From NCBI GenBank assembly GCA_965213925.1, contig OZ243927.1, positions 4,224,001 through 4,288,000 on the forward strand: 64,000 nt of DNA, written 5' to 3'. The DNA comes from Trueperaceae bacterium (GTDB taxonomy: Bacteria; Deinococcota; Deinococci; Deinococcales; Trueperaceae). This document shows positions 9,612 through 18,846 of the stretch, piece by piece (the first letter of the stretch is position 1; every line of letters begins with the position of its first letter). Position numbers and translations under genes: made by a program. The notes beneath the pieces are model-generated. The model had not been told where the DNA came from, searched no databases, and saw only the letters and a program-made list of their open reading frames with translations.

Positions 9612-11044
9612 GCCGCCTCACCTAAGATCATGGCTTCAACTTCACGCTTAGCTTGCTCTAAAGTATTACTTGCTTCGCCTCGTAACTGCTTTGCCTTGAG
9701 TCTAATTGAAGCTATCTCTTGCGCAATAGTTTGCTGTTCCATAAGAGAGGGTAAAGGAATATTTACCTGCGCAAGCGCATCATTGTTGACACCCGATTGG
9801 TTGTTCCAGTTTGTGCAAATTTTGAAGAAAACTTTTCGCCGCTGATACATATTGAGCAAAGCTGTCAGGTAACGAGGTGAAACTACGTTCTCATTGAGAC
9901 TAATGCGCGTGATGTGATTGGAGCAGAAATAATCACCGTCTAAGTCAAATAGTACAGTTTTTCCCACCAGCTCTTGACTGTTAGTGTTGTTGAAAAGCAC
10001 CTCATTTCGTCTCAGTAAATCGTTTTCATGATGTTCTTTTTGCACGTAGTCAATTAGTACGTTCTTTTCAAATATTAACTCTCTCGCGGGACTGATGTTT
10101 GTAGGACGTATCTGAACAATGCCTTCAGATTGCCTTGCCTGGTCTTGCTTCCCGGCAGCAAAGCCCGTCTGAAGGTGTTGTACAACGTCTTTCAATCGCT
10201 CCATAGGATAAGTCGAGCCTTCAAGCATCTTATAAACACCTTGCGTATGAAATAGCGGGTCTAATCTACTACCCGTAACATCGCTGAGTTTCCGGTAAAA
10301 GACTCGATTCTGCAAATCGTTTTTTTCCTCGAGCGGCTTTTCGATACCTAGAGCCTCGAGCAGGTAATCATCTATCCCATCTAAAAGCTGCTGAGCGGCG
10401 GCTTCTTTTTGTTTTTTCAACTCGTAGGCAGCGTTAATCTTAGCTACTACATTCTCTTGTACCTCTTTTGATGGCAAAGGGATAGGTAGACTTTTATATT
10501 CTTCTGCGTTTATGTTTGGCTGTCCTGCTGCACGTTGCACTGCTTGAACCCACTTCTGATATACGCCAAGCTGAGTGAATGCAAAGAGGTAGTCTGGGCT
10601 TATCAGCTCAGAATTCACAACGAGACGAATCATATAACCAGCAAAAAAACATGGGTAGTCAACTGATTCAGTTTTATGTATGTACGCTTTGCCTACTGTG
10701 GCACCACTCCGAGCGAACAGAAGATCGTTGTTTTCGAGTAGATACTGATCTTCTATAACGTCTGCTGTAACACCAACTTCGTTTCTCAAAAGACCATATT
10801 CATCAACATCCGTAATCCTGATATATCTCGGTTCGTCTAAACTCAATCTTTCTTTCCCCGGCTCATTGGCTCCATACTGAGGTTTCTTCTGTAAAAGCGT
10901 CCCGAGTTTTCTGGGCTCGAACTTGTAGTGCGTAATAGTTCTGTTGTATAGAACCATTAAAGGGTCAAATCTAGCTTGAAGCTCGCTGAGATTAGCTATA
11001 AAAATTTTCGGCTCGTCTGTACTTATTGAAAGCTCAAAACTCAC
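9608..11044 (-). CDS. Restriction-modification specificity subunit (HsdS-like, two target-recognition domains)
   Basis: Two TRDs (YIRITD...DLLFARSGATVGK...QPNIN...PIPLP and IRPTNI...EVLFNNTNSQELVGK...IPLPSLMEQQTI), each followed by a helical conserved region. Confidence 0.9.
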   Translation of the reverse strand: MSFELSISTDEPKIFIANLSELQARFDPLMVLYNRTITHYKFEPRKLGTLLQKKPQYGANEPGKERLSLDEPRYIRITDVDEYGLLRNEVGVTADVIEDQYLLENNDLLFARSGATVGKAYIHKTESVDYPCFFAGYMIRLVVNSELISPDYLFAFTQLGVYQKWVQAVQRAAGQPNINAEEYKSLPIPLPSKEVQENVVAKINAAYELKKQKEAAAQQLLDGIDDYLLEALGIEKPLEEKNDLQNRVFYRKLSDVTGSRLDPLFHTQGVYKMLEGSTYPMERLKDVVQHLQTGFAAGKQDQARQSEGIVQIRPTNISPARELIFEKNVLIDYVQKEHHENDLLRRNEVLFNNTNSQELVGKTVLFDLDGDYFCSNHITRISLNENVVSPRYLTALLNMYQRRKVFFKICTNWNNQSGVNNDALAQVNIPLPSLMEQQTIAQEIASIRLKAKQLRGEASNTLEQAKREVEAMILGEAA

Positions 11045-13173
11045 GCTTGCCCCTGCTCAACAGCCCGAATGAACCTGCTCAACTCCTCACCTATCGCCCC
11101 AAGCTCACTGTTATGCGTCTCTTTACCCGTCGCGTCATAACCGATGTCTTCGGCTATCGCCATGAGTATCGGGTAATCGTCTAAGACCTCTTGTTTGCGC
11201 TCGTCGTAGCTTTCTAGTAGCTCTTCTTTTAGCGCATCTACCTGCTGCCTGTAATATTCGCTCACCTCTTTGCGCCAGTCCTTGTAAGCTTGGTTGTCGC
11301 GTAACGCCTTGCCGCTCAAATCTTGCGCGTTGTCAAAGCCGCGCAGCTCGGCGAGGTGCTGCTTTTTCGCGTCGTCAATCTCTTGTAATCGTTGCAAATA
11401 GTCGTGGTCAGTGAGGATGTCACTCTGCAGGGAGGCTTTTTGCTGTTTGATGCGTTCGGTGGCCGCCTCGTCGTGCTTTCTCAGGAAAAGCACGGAGCTT
11501 TTGACGCCTGCGCCCGTCGCGGTAAAGGCGGTCTGGGGCATACTGACAACGGCTACGACGCGGTACATCTCTTCGATATTGTCGCGTACGTATTGGAGGC
11601 TCGAGTTCGTCAGGATGCCGTCGGGCACGACCATTGCTAAGTAACCGCCCGCTTTTAAGAAGTTGTGACACTGTTCTATAAAGAGAACTTCGGTGCTTTG
11701 GTTGGGGCGCTCGCTGCGCTTGCTCTTGGGGTCGAGCCAGCTCCCTTCTTTGTAGGCAAAGCCGTAGTTGCCCATGTAAGCCTGCTCGGTTTGTTTAACA
11801 ACGGAGCCAAAAGGCGGATTGGTGATGACAAAGTCAAAGGTCCCGTAGGTGAAGCCTTGATTTTTAGTACGGTTGTAGATGTCCTCACCGCTGATGAGCC
11901 CGTCTGCTGCGATGACGTTGGTGTGTCCGTCGTCGTGAATGATCATGTTCATCTTAGCAACCCTAGCGATTTGCTCGTTGATTTCAATACCGAAGAGGTT
12001 TTTCTCGGCGAACGTGTGCCAATGTCGGTAGTGATTTCTACCTTCAGGCGTTTTCTCGTCTCCGATTTCATTAGGGTAGTAATCATCTGCTTCACGTCTT
12101 ACTTTGTCTAGCGCATGAAGTAAAAAACCACCACTACCGCAGGAGGTGTCTAATACTTTTGACGTATGAGTTATAGGTAGCACATCAACAATGAACCTAA
12201 CAATAGGGCGTGGTGTGAAGTACTGTCCAAAATCTCCCCTGAAAAATGACCCCATAAATGTTTCAAAGGCTCGCCCTTTGCTATCTAAGTCAGTTTCTCC
12301 TAAATTTACACTCTGTAAGTACCCCACGACTGTACGTAATTTGTCAGCGCTCAAACGTATGTCTTCCTTAAAGACCTCAGTGTCCCTCTTGCGACCTTCT
12401 TGGTAAAGGGATTCAATCCGTTTAAGTAGCTCTTGATTTGTCTTCCCCTCAGTGTCTTCTTGAAAAATTTGGAACTTATAGGGCTCACCTGATTTACAGT
12501 TTCGCTCATCCCAGATTTTGCAGAAGATGAGTTTATCTAGCTCATCAAAGGCTGACGAAGGGTTGAGTTCGCCGCCACCCCATAAAGCTTGATGTGCTTG
12601 CTTGAAGCACCTAGTTAATTCACCTTCTTCAACCACTTCTAAGTCAAAAAACCTTTGACCGTTCGGAGTTGTACCACCACCCTTGACGTATTTGTACTTC
12701 GCAATATTGGTGACACCGTACTGGGGAATGTCAGGGATGGTCAGACGGTCTTTAGGCTTCTTTTTGGGGACTTCGTAGTAAACATCTTTGATTCCTGACG
12801 TAACCCACACGTACCTAGCGCCCTCAGCTACGGCGTAGCTAAACGCTTGTTCAACGGCTTGCTTGAACTCGAGTTCTGAAACGTCTTCCTTTTTGCACTC
12901 CACAACGATATGAGGAGAAAGGTGCTGGTCATCGTTGTAGACGATGATGTCGGCTTCGCGTTGGCTCGAGCCCATCGTCACGCTCACGAAAGAGCGTATC
13001 CTGTTAGGCGAATATCCGTAGGTGAGAATAAGCTTTAAGAAGGTTTCTGCTTGTACCTTCTCTTCCGGGTTAGCGTAGTTGCGGCGTCTGTTCTCATTCA
13101 GATAAACAACGTTTTTCTTGTCGTTGTCAATTAGAATAAAATTTTGCTTCACACCGTGTTCTATTAGGTTCAT
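11041..13173 (-). CDS. Fused restriction endonuclease (HsdR-N-like PD-(D/E)XK) and N6-adenine methyltransferase
   Basis: N-terminal EEKVQ...EADIIVY...IVVECKK nuclease motif; MTase motifs GQYFTPR, DTSCGSGGFL, NPPF. No helicase or motor domain. Confidence 0.88.
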   Translation of the reverse strand: MNLIEHGVKQNFILIDNDKKNVVYLNENRRRNYANPEEKVQAETFLKLILTYGYSPNRIRSFVSVTMGSSQREADIIVYNDDQHLSPHIVVECKKEDVSELEFKQAVEQAFSYAVAEGARYVWVTSGIKDVYYEVPKKKPKDRLTIPDIPQYGVTNIAKYKYVKGGGTTPNGQRFFDLEVVEEGELTRCFKQAHQALWGGGELNPSSAFDELDKLIFCKIWDERNCKSGEPYKFQIFQEDTEGKTNQELLKRIESLYQEGRKRDTEVFKEDIRLSADKLRTVVGYLQSVNLGETDLDSKGRAFETFMGSFFRGDFGQYFTPRPIVRFIVDVLPITHTSKVLDTSCGSGGFLLHALDKVRREADDYYPNEIGDEKTPEGRNHYRHWHTFAEKNLFGIEINEQIARVAKMNMIIHDDGHTNVIAADGLISGEDIYNRTKNQGFTYGTFDFVITNPPFGSVVKQTEQAYMGNYGFAYKEGSWLDPKSKRSERPNQSTEVLFIEQCHNFLKAGGYLAMVVPDGILTNSSLQYVRDNIEEMYRVVAVVSMPQTAFTATGAGVKSSVLFLRKHDEAATERIKQQKASLQSDILTDHDYLQRLQEIDDAKKQHLAELRGFDNAQDLSGKALRDNQAYKDWRKEVSEYYRQQVDALKEELLESYDERKQEVLDDYPILMAIAEDIGYDATGKETHNSELGAIGEELSRFIRAVEQGQA

Positions 13174-13438
13174 TAGCTTGTAATAATAACGTTTTTGAGC
13201 AGTCCTGGTATCATCTCAAAGATGAAGCAACCATGTTCCTCTCACTATTCCAAGAGTCTCCTACCGTATCTCCCGCGCCAGCAACCCTATTCCTGAAAGG
13301 ACCTCATGACCCGCCAACAGGTCCTCGAGAAAACCAAACACCTCCACGCTTTAGATGACGAGGCGCTCGAGCCAACCAACGCCATCCTCTAAAAAGGCTA
13401 CACTAAGGGCTACAAATACTACCTTCAAGGAGGTCACG

Positions 13439-13698
13439 GTGAAGCGTGTCGGTATCCGCGAATTCAAAGACAAAGCCACACCGCCCTGATTGCCGAAGAG
13501 AAGGGTTTGGTTATCGAGAAGCACGGCAAACCTGTCGGGTTTTATATTCCGCTTCCCAAAAAGGACAAGGTAAAGACGAAAGAGGCGGCGCGGAGGCTCG
13601 AGCACACCATCGAAGGTATTTTAGAGCGCACGGGCATGAACCGCGCCGAACTCGAGGCGGCTTGGGACGAGGCGGAGCGCGTCTCGAGTCTTCAATAA
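13439..13698 (+). pseudogene. Phd/YefM-like antitoxin, frameshifted
   Basis: RBS GGAGG then GTG 13439 reads MKRVGIREFKDKA and stops at 13487-13489. The continuation TALIAEEKGLVIEKHGKPVGFYIP is in another frame, with the break at GCCACACCGCC (about 13475-13485). Confidence 0.7.
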
Positions 13699-13704
13699 AG
13701 TAGA

Positions 13705-14262
13705 ATGAACTCTATGGTAGCAGGCGCACCCAAACACACCTTCACAGCAGATGAATTTCTGCGGCTCGCCGAGCTTAACTTCTTCGGTGAGGGCGAGCGC
13801 GTCGAGCTTTTAGAGGGGGAAATCTACCACATGTCGCCTACCGGTCCTTCTCACGGCGCGGCAGTAGCTCGCCTTCACGAGCGTTTACTCCTTGCCCTTG
13901 TCGGGCGTACCATCCTCTGGAACCAGTCCTCGGTACGTTTGGGTATATCTATGCCAGAACCCGACTTAGCGCTTCTAGTACCTAAAGCTGACTACTACGC
14001 AAGCGCAAATCCTGAACCGGAGGACATTTTGCTTGTAATTGAGGTGGCGCAAACCTCTTTAGCCTACGACCGCGCTAAGCTCGCTATTTACGCTCGTAAC
14101 GGCGTGCAAGAGGTGTGGATTGCTGACCTTGATGGTGAGTTGCTCGAGGTCTACCGAGAACCGGGCGCGGGTACGTATAGAACTTCGTTCGCCCTGAACT
14201 TCAACGAACCGCTGAGTCCGCTCGCGTTTCCTGATGAAGCTGGGGTGTGGTTGGGTCAATAG
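13705..14262 (+). CDS. Uma2 family (DUF820) putative endonuclease
   Basis: FTADEF, RVELLEGEI, PEPDL, LLVIEVAQTSLAYDR, KLAIYARNGVQEVWIADL. Confidence 0.92.
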   Translation: MNSMVAGAPKHTFTADEFLRLAELNFFGEGERVELLEGEIYHMSPTGPSHGAAVARLHERLLLALVGRTILWNQSSVRLGISMPEPDLALLVPKADYYASANPEPEDILLVIEVAQTSLAYDRAKLAIYARNGVQEVWIADLDGELLEVYREPGAGTYRTSFALNFNEPLSPLAFPDEAGVWLGQ

Positions 14263-14265
14263 CGG

Positions 14266-14889
14266 CTACTGCATCTCCCGCGCCAAGAGCCCCGTCGTCG
14301 AAACCAGCACCGCGTAACGCTTAGGTTCCCTCGCCGGCACGAATGTCGCGGAGCCGTAGCGGGCGTCCACGAGGGTTTCTAAGGGCTCGTAGCGCTGCAC
14401 CATCCTGAACATGTCTAGCTCGAGCGGCTTCTCCTGCGCCAACGAATACACCGTGCGCGGACGGGTCTGCTCGTCGTCCAAAAGGTCATAGCGCCCTGCC
14501 ACCCGGTCGAGTTCGTACATCGTGCGCAAGCCTAAAAGGTTCGCCCTCGGATGCCACTTGAGGATGTGCGCGTCAACGAAGAGAGCGTCGCCTGCAAGCT
14601 CAAACGTCTCGGTTCTGCCGTCTGGAAATTCGAACACGGCGCGGTAGCGCTGCGTACCAAGAGGTTCGATGGAAACCGTCGCCGCTACCGTCTCCTGGAT
14701 GAGCGACTGATACCCTCTCGTCGCGACGCTCACCAAGCCCGAAGCCGCCGCGATGACGAAGAGGGCAAGGCTGAGAAACCCTCTAAAGGTTGCGCTTCCC
14801 CAGTGCCGTTTCCGGGAGGCGAGCACCGCGTAAACCAGCAGCACGAGCGCGAGCAGCGCGGGTACCCAGGTGAGCAGCGTGAGCATCAC
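14266..14889 (-). CDS. Hypothetical membrane protein (two N-terminal TM helices)
   Basis: Clean ORF with hydrophobic N-terminus; TAAAAT 7 nt upstream of the GTG. Confidence 0.75.
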   Translation of the reverse strand: MMLTLLTWVPALLALVLLVYAVLASRKRHWGSATFRGFLSLALFVIAAASGLVSVATRGYQSLIQETVAATVSIEPLGTQRYRAVFEFPDGRTETFELAGDALFVDAHILKWHPRANLLGLRTMYELDRVAGRYDLLDDEQTRPRTVYSLAQEKPLELDMFRMVQRYEPLETLVDARYGSATFVPAREPKRYAVLVSTTGLLAREMQ

Positions 14890-14913
14890 ACTGTGAATTT
14901 TACAGTATGAAGA

Positions 14914-15858
14914 TTAGAGCGCGTCTTCCGCCTCTTCGGTGGGCGGCCACGACCCGCCGAGTCTGAGCCACGCCTCGACCATATCGGTAGGCACTTGCGC
15001 GGAGAAGGTGATGGCGTGATTGTCCTGCGGGTGCGGCAGCGTGAGGCGGTGGGCGTGCAGCGCGTGGCGGGAGATGGTTGAGGAGCCTTTGCCGTAAACG
15101 CCGTCCCCTAAGATGGGTGCGCCCAAATGCGCCAGATGCACGCGAATCTGATGCGTTCGCCCCGTGTGCGGCTTCGCTCTGACCAAAAGGTAGCCGTTCG
15201 CCCGCGCCAACACCCGGAAGTACGTCGTCGCGCTCCTCGGGTTGTTGCCGCCGACCATCATCTTGCGCCCGTGGACGGGGTGCCGCCCGATGGGTCCGTC
15301 CATATAGAGGTCGTCATCTAGCTTGCCCACGGCAATGGCGATGTACTCCTTTTCCGTGAGGCGCTTTTTGAACGACTTGGAGATGTGGCGGTGCGCCTCG
15401 TCGCGCTTGGCGACGACCATCACGCCGGAGGTCTCCTTGTCTAAACGGTGGACGATGCCGGGGCGGTAGTCTTCGGCTTCGGGGTCAAAGGCTTTATCTT
15501 TGGCGAGTTCGACGCGGCCTAGAAGGGCGTTCACGACGGTGCCTGTTCGCAAGGAGGCGGTAGGGTGCGCCGTCATGCCGGGCGGCTTGTTGATAGCGAT
15601 GAGGTCGTCGTCTTCGTAGATGATGTTCAAAGGGACCTCTTCGGGCTCGACCATCATCGGCTTAGGGGGCGGCAGCATCACCGAGACGAGTTCGGCTCCT
15701 GAGAGCTTGGTGGCGGGTTTGGCGACGGGTTGCCCGTTCAGTTGCACGTAGCCCTCGCTCACGAGTTCTTTGGCGTAGGTGCGACTGGTCTCCAGCTCTA
15801 AAGAAATCGCCACGTCCAACCGTTCGCCTGCAGGCGCTTCGAAAACACGAAAATCCAT
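14914..15858 (-). CDS. RluA/RluD family pseudouridine synthase with S4 domain
   Basis: RLD S4 motif, INKPPG, GIVHRLDKETSG, TGRTHQIRVH, LHA. Start placed at ATG 15858, 7 nt after TAGACT. Confidence 0.92.
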   Translation of the reverse strand: MDFRVFEAPAGERLDVAISLELETSRTYAKELVSEGYVQLNGQPVAKPATKLSGAELVSVMLPPPKPMMVEPEEVPLNIIYEDDDLIAINKPPGMTAHPTASLRTGTVVNALLGRVELAKDKAFDPEAEDYRPGIVHRLDKETSGVMVVAKRDEAHRHISKSFKKRLTEKEYIAIAVGKLDDDLYMDGPIGRHPVHGRKMMVGGNNPRSATTYFRVLARANGYLLVRAKPHTGRTHQIRVHLAHLGAPILGDGVYGKGSSTISRHALHAHRLTLPHPQDNHAITFSAQVPTDMVEAWLRLGGSWPPTEEAEDAL

Positions 15859-15915
15859 TGGGTCTAGTCTACCGCGAGAGTATGAAAAGTGGGGCAAAGT
15901 GGTCCTTGAAAAGGC

Positions 15916-15988
15916 GTAGTCAGTAACCAGTAGTCAGAATTCAGCACGAAATCCTCCTGACTACTGAATTCTAACTACTGACTACTGC
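15916..15988. repeat. Heptamer-built inverted repeat (AGTAGTC / GACTACT units)
   Basis: TAGTCAGTAACCAGTAGTCAGAATTCAG ... CTGACTACTGAATTCTAACTACTGACTACTG between the divergent RluA/RluD-family gene and plsX. Confidence 0.6.
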
Positions 15989-16033
15989 TCCCCCGAATAG
16001 CCAAACCCCACCCTCTCATTTATAATGCTCCCA

Positions 16034-17050
16034 ATGAAACCGATAGCGTTAGATGCGATGGGCGGGGACGCGATGCCGGAGGCGGCTGTGGAGGGAGCTT
16101 TGCAGGCGCAAGAGGCGGGCATCCCCATCGTTTTGGTAGGCAATGAAAATAAACTTCAAGAAACGATAGGTGGGCGCGGCGAGTTGCAGGTTCACCACGC
16201 GGGCGACGTGATGACGATGAACGACGCGGCGTCGGACGTGCGCAGGAGAAGAGACTCGAGCATCATGAAAGCCATGTCTTTAGTGAAAGAGGGCGGCGCG
16301 TCGGCGTGCGTCTCGATGGGGCATTCCGGCGCAACGATGGCGGCGGCGCTGCTCGTGTTGGGGCGTCTCAAAGGCGTGGAGCGTCCGGCGATTCTCGCGA
16401 ATATTCCGGCGGGAAATGGTTTTACGGCGCTCGTAGACGCGGGCGCGAACGCGGACTGCCGACCTGCACATCTTCAACAGTTCGCGGTGATGGGCTCGGT
16501 TTATGCCCGCGCTTTCTACAGCAAAGCGGAGCCGAGCGTGGGGCTCATGTCCATCGGGGAAGAGGAGGAGAAGGGCAACGAACTCACCCGCGCGGCGCAC
16601 GGACTCCTCAAAGAAACCCCCAACATCGCCTTTTACGGCAACGTCGAAGGGCGCGACCTCTTGAAAGGTACAACCGATGTCGTTGTGACAGACGGCTTTA
16701 CGGGCAACGTCATGCTCAAGCTGGCAGAAGGCGAAGCGAAGGCGATTTTCGGCTGGCTGCGCGAGGGGCTCGCGGGCGGCAACCTCTTCACGAAGCTCGG
16801 CGCGGCGCTCGTCAAGCCTGCGCTTAAAGGCGTGGCGGCGCGGCTCGACCCCTCGGAGTACGGCGCGCAACCGCTTCTGGGCATCAGCGGTCACGCTTTC
16901 ATCGGTCACGGCTCTGCCGACGCGAGAGCGGTGCTGAACGCGCTCCACACGGCGCGGCGAGCGGTGGACGCGCAGCTCGCCGAGAGGATTGCTACAGGGC
17001 TAGAGGTATTGAGCGCATCTAAACGTGAAGTTGCGCACTCGGAAGAATAA
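16034..17050 (+). CDS. plsX: Phosphate acyltransferase PlsX
   Basis: IALDAMGGD, ERPAI, DAGANAD, GEEEEKGN, DVVVTDGFTGNV, YGAQPLLG. TATAAT at 16021-16026 is 7 nt before ATG 16034. Confidence 0.95.
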   Translation: MKPIALDAMGGDAMPEAAVEGALQAQEAGIPIVLVGNENKLQETIGGRGELQVHHAGDVMTMNDAASDVRRRRDSSIMKAMSLVKEGGASACVSMGHSGATMAAALLVLGRLKGVERPAILANIPAGNGFTALVDAGANADCRPAHLQQFAVMGSVYARAFYSKAEPSVGLMSIGEEEEKGNELTRAAHGLLKETPNIAFYGNVEGRDLLKGTTDVVVTDGFTGNVMLKLAEGEAKAIFGWLREGLAGGNLFTKLGAALVKPALKGVAARLDPSEYGAQPLLGISGHAFIGHGSADARAVLNALHTARRAVDAQLAERIATGLEVLSASKREVAHSEE

Positions 17051-17171
17051 GTGAGGGAAAAGATAGCCCTTTCACAGTGACTCCTCAAAGGCGCATTATA
17101 CGCTTAACGGGCGAGGGGTAGGGATATGTAGCTATAGCGGTTATCATAATCGCTGAGGTTGAGGTGAAGGC

Positions 17172-18608
17172 ATGTCAGTAACACCGTCCACAACACCAGA
17201 GGCGACGACGCCAGATGCGGCGCCAGATGCAGGCTCAGGTGCGGCCAGCTCGGATGCGGCTGGGTCTAGCACGACGGGGACCGACTCAACGGGCTTAGGC
17301 TTGCCGGGATTCGGCGGCGAGTCAGCGCCGGAGACAGACCCTACGTCAACCTGGTTCAGCGATCCCACGTGGTTCGACGAGATTGAAGACACCACCTGGC
17401 TCACCGAGTTAGGGGCGACGATAAGCAGCGACCCGCTCGCCTTCACCCTACAGGTTTTAGCGGACGCCGGTATCGCTCTGGTGCTCTTCTTGATGCTCTG
17501 GTTTATCGTCTCACGCTGGAGCCGCTCGTCGCTGCGCACCATAGAGCAGCGCGAGCTGTGGGACGAGGGCCGCAAGGAAGCTGAGCGCCTCCGCACGGTG
17601 CTGTTAAGGCGCTACCTCGCAACGGCGTCAGCAGGACTCGGCACCGCGCTCTTTTTGGGTCTCTTCGCCTTTCGCTACAACGTGCCCATCTTGCGCGGTA
17701 TGGCGGTCGCCGTGCGCGACTGGCTGGCGGGCGGCGGCATCGGGCGCGTGCTCAGCATCGTCGTCGTCGGGCTTATCATCTGGACGCTGCTGCGCGTGGT
17801 GCGCAAAGCGGCGCGGGCGCTCACGCCCACCGAAGGGCAACGCTTCGAGCGGCAGGTGGCGCGGGCGGCCACGATCCGCAGCGTCGTCGAGTCGGCGGCG
17901 CGCATCGTCCTCGTTACGCTCTTTATCCTCTTCGTGTTAGGTCAGCTCGGCACGAACATCACTGCGCTTTTAGCGGGTGTGAGTATCCTCGGCTTAGCCG
18001 TCTCGTTCGGCGCGCAGTCGCTCGTCAAGGACGTCATCACGGGTTTTTTCATTCTCGTCGAAGACCAGTTCGGCGTGGGCGACGTGGTCACGATCGCGGG
18101 GCTCACGGGGCTCGTCGAGCAGATCAACTTGCGCATCACCACCTTGCGCGACCTAGAGGGGCGCGTCCACGTCATCCCGAACGGTCAAGTCGATAAAGTC
18201 ACCGTGATGAGTAAGGAGTGGTCACGCAGCGTCATCGACCTCGAAGTGGCCTACCGCACCGACCTCGACCACGCGCTCAAGGTCATCGGCGAAGAAGCCG
18301 AAGACTTCGCCGACGCGCTCGGCTGGAGCTGGCGCGTGATGGGTTCGCCCGAAGTGCTAGGCGTCGAGCGCTTCGGCGCGTCGGGCATCGCGATTCGCAT
18401 CCTCTTCAAGACGCTGCCCAAAGAGCAGTGGGGCGTGGGGCGCGAGTTCCGCAAGCGCATCAAAGCCCGCTTTGACCGCGAGGGCATCGAGATTCCCTTT
18501 CCGCATACGACGCTCTATTGGGGCGAGGAGCAGATGCCTAAGATACAGGGGGATAGCCGGGCTTCGGGTACGCCGCAGTTGGGGCGGGAAAGCGTGAGTA
18601 CGGACTAA
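17172..18608 (+). CDS. Small-conductance mechanosensitive channel (MscS family) with N-terminal extension
   Basis: GLAVSFGAQSLVKDVITGFFIL, FGVGDVV, LRITTLRD, IPNG, IEIPFP. Confidence 0.92.
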   Translation: MSVTPSTTPEATTPDAAPDAGSGAASSDAAGSSTTGTDSTGLGLPGFGGESAPETDPTSTWFSDPTWFDEIEDTTWLTELGATISSDPLAFTLQVLADAGIALVLFLMLWFIVSRWSRSSLRTIEQRELWDEGRKEAERLRTVLLRRYLATASAGLGTALFLGLFAFRYNVPILRGMAVAVRDWLAGGGIGRVLSIVVVGLIIWTLLRVVRKAARALTPTEGQRFERQVARAATIRSVVESAARIVLVTLFILFVLGQLGTNITALLAGVSILGLAVSFGAQSLVKDVITGFFILVEDQFGVGDVVTIAGLTGLVEQINLRITTLRDLEGRVHVIPNGQVDKVTVMSKEWSRSVIDLEVAYRTDLDHALKVIGEEAEDFADALGWSWRVMGSPEVLGVERFGASGIAIRILFKTLPKEQWGVGREFRKRIKARFDREGIEIPFPHTTLYWGEEQMPKIQGDSRASGTPQLGRESVSTD

Positions 18609-18628
18609 CTTTCGGCTAAAATGTCAGG

Positions 18629-18817
18629 ATGAAGCCAAAATACGTTTACTGGCAAGACGAGGAGATGTGGCTCGGTTATCTCGAGGACTACCCCGACTAC
18701 TGGACACAAGGCGAGAGCGAAGAGGAACTCAAAGAAAATCTCCTCGACCTCTATCAAGACCTTAGCGGCGGCGAAGTTCCCAATGTTCGCCGCGTCGCTG
18801 AACTCGACATTGCGTGA
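18629..18817 (+). CDS. HicB-like antitoxin (short, no DNA-binding domain)
   Basis: YWQDEEMWLGYLEDYPDYWTQGESEEELKENL matches the HicB pattern (TQGES..E...NL); TAAAAT 6 nt before the ATG. Confidence 0.8.
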   Translation: MKPKYVYWQDEEMWLGYLEDYPDYWTQGESEEELKENLLDLYQDLSGGEVPNVRRVAELDIA

Positions 18818-18846
18818 GGCGGCGTGACCTCAGACGATACGGATAA
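18814..18846 (+). pseudogene. Possible truncated HicA toxin remnant
   Basis: GTG overlapping the hicB TGA reads VRRRDLRRYG*, resembling the M(K/R)RRDL start of HicA toxins. Confidence 0.4.

Noticed and set aside
13306..13392. 28-aa ORF MTRQQVLEKTKHL... with an RBS-like sequence
   Set aside because: Too short to assign; possibly a gene remnant at the island edge.
16280..16948. Long antisense or alternate-frame ORFs (also 25740-26291, 42802-43302, 50504-51019 and many others in the track)
   Set aside because: They shadow well-supported genes, as expected in GC-rich coding DNA, and carry no family motifs.
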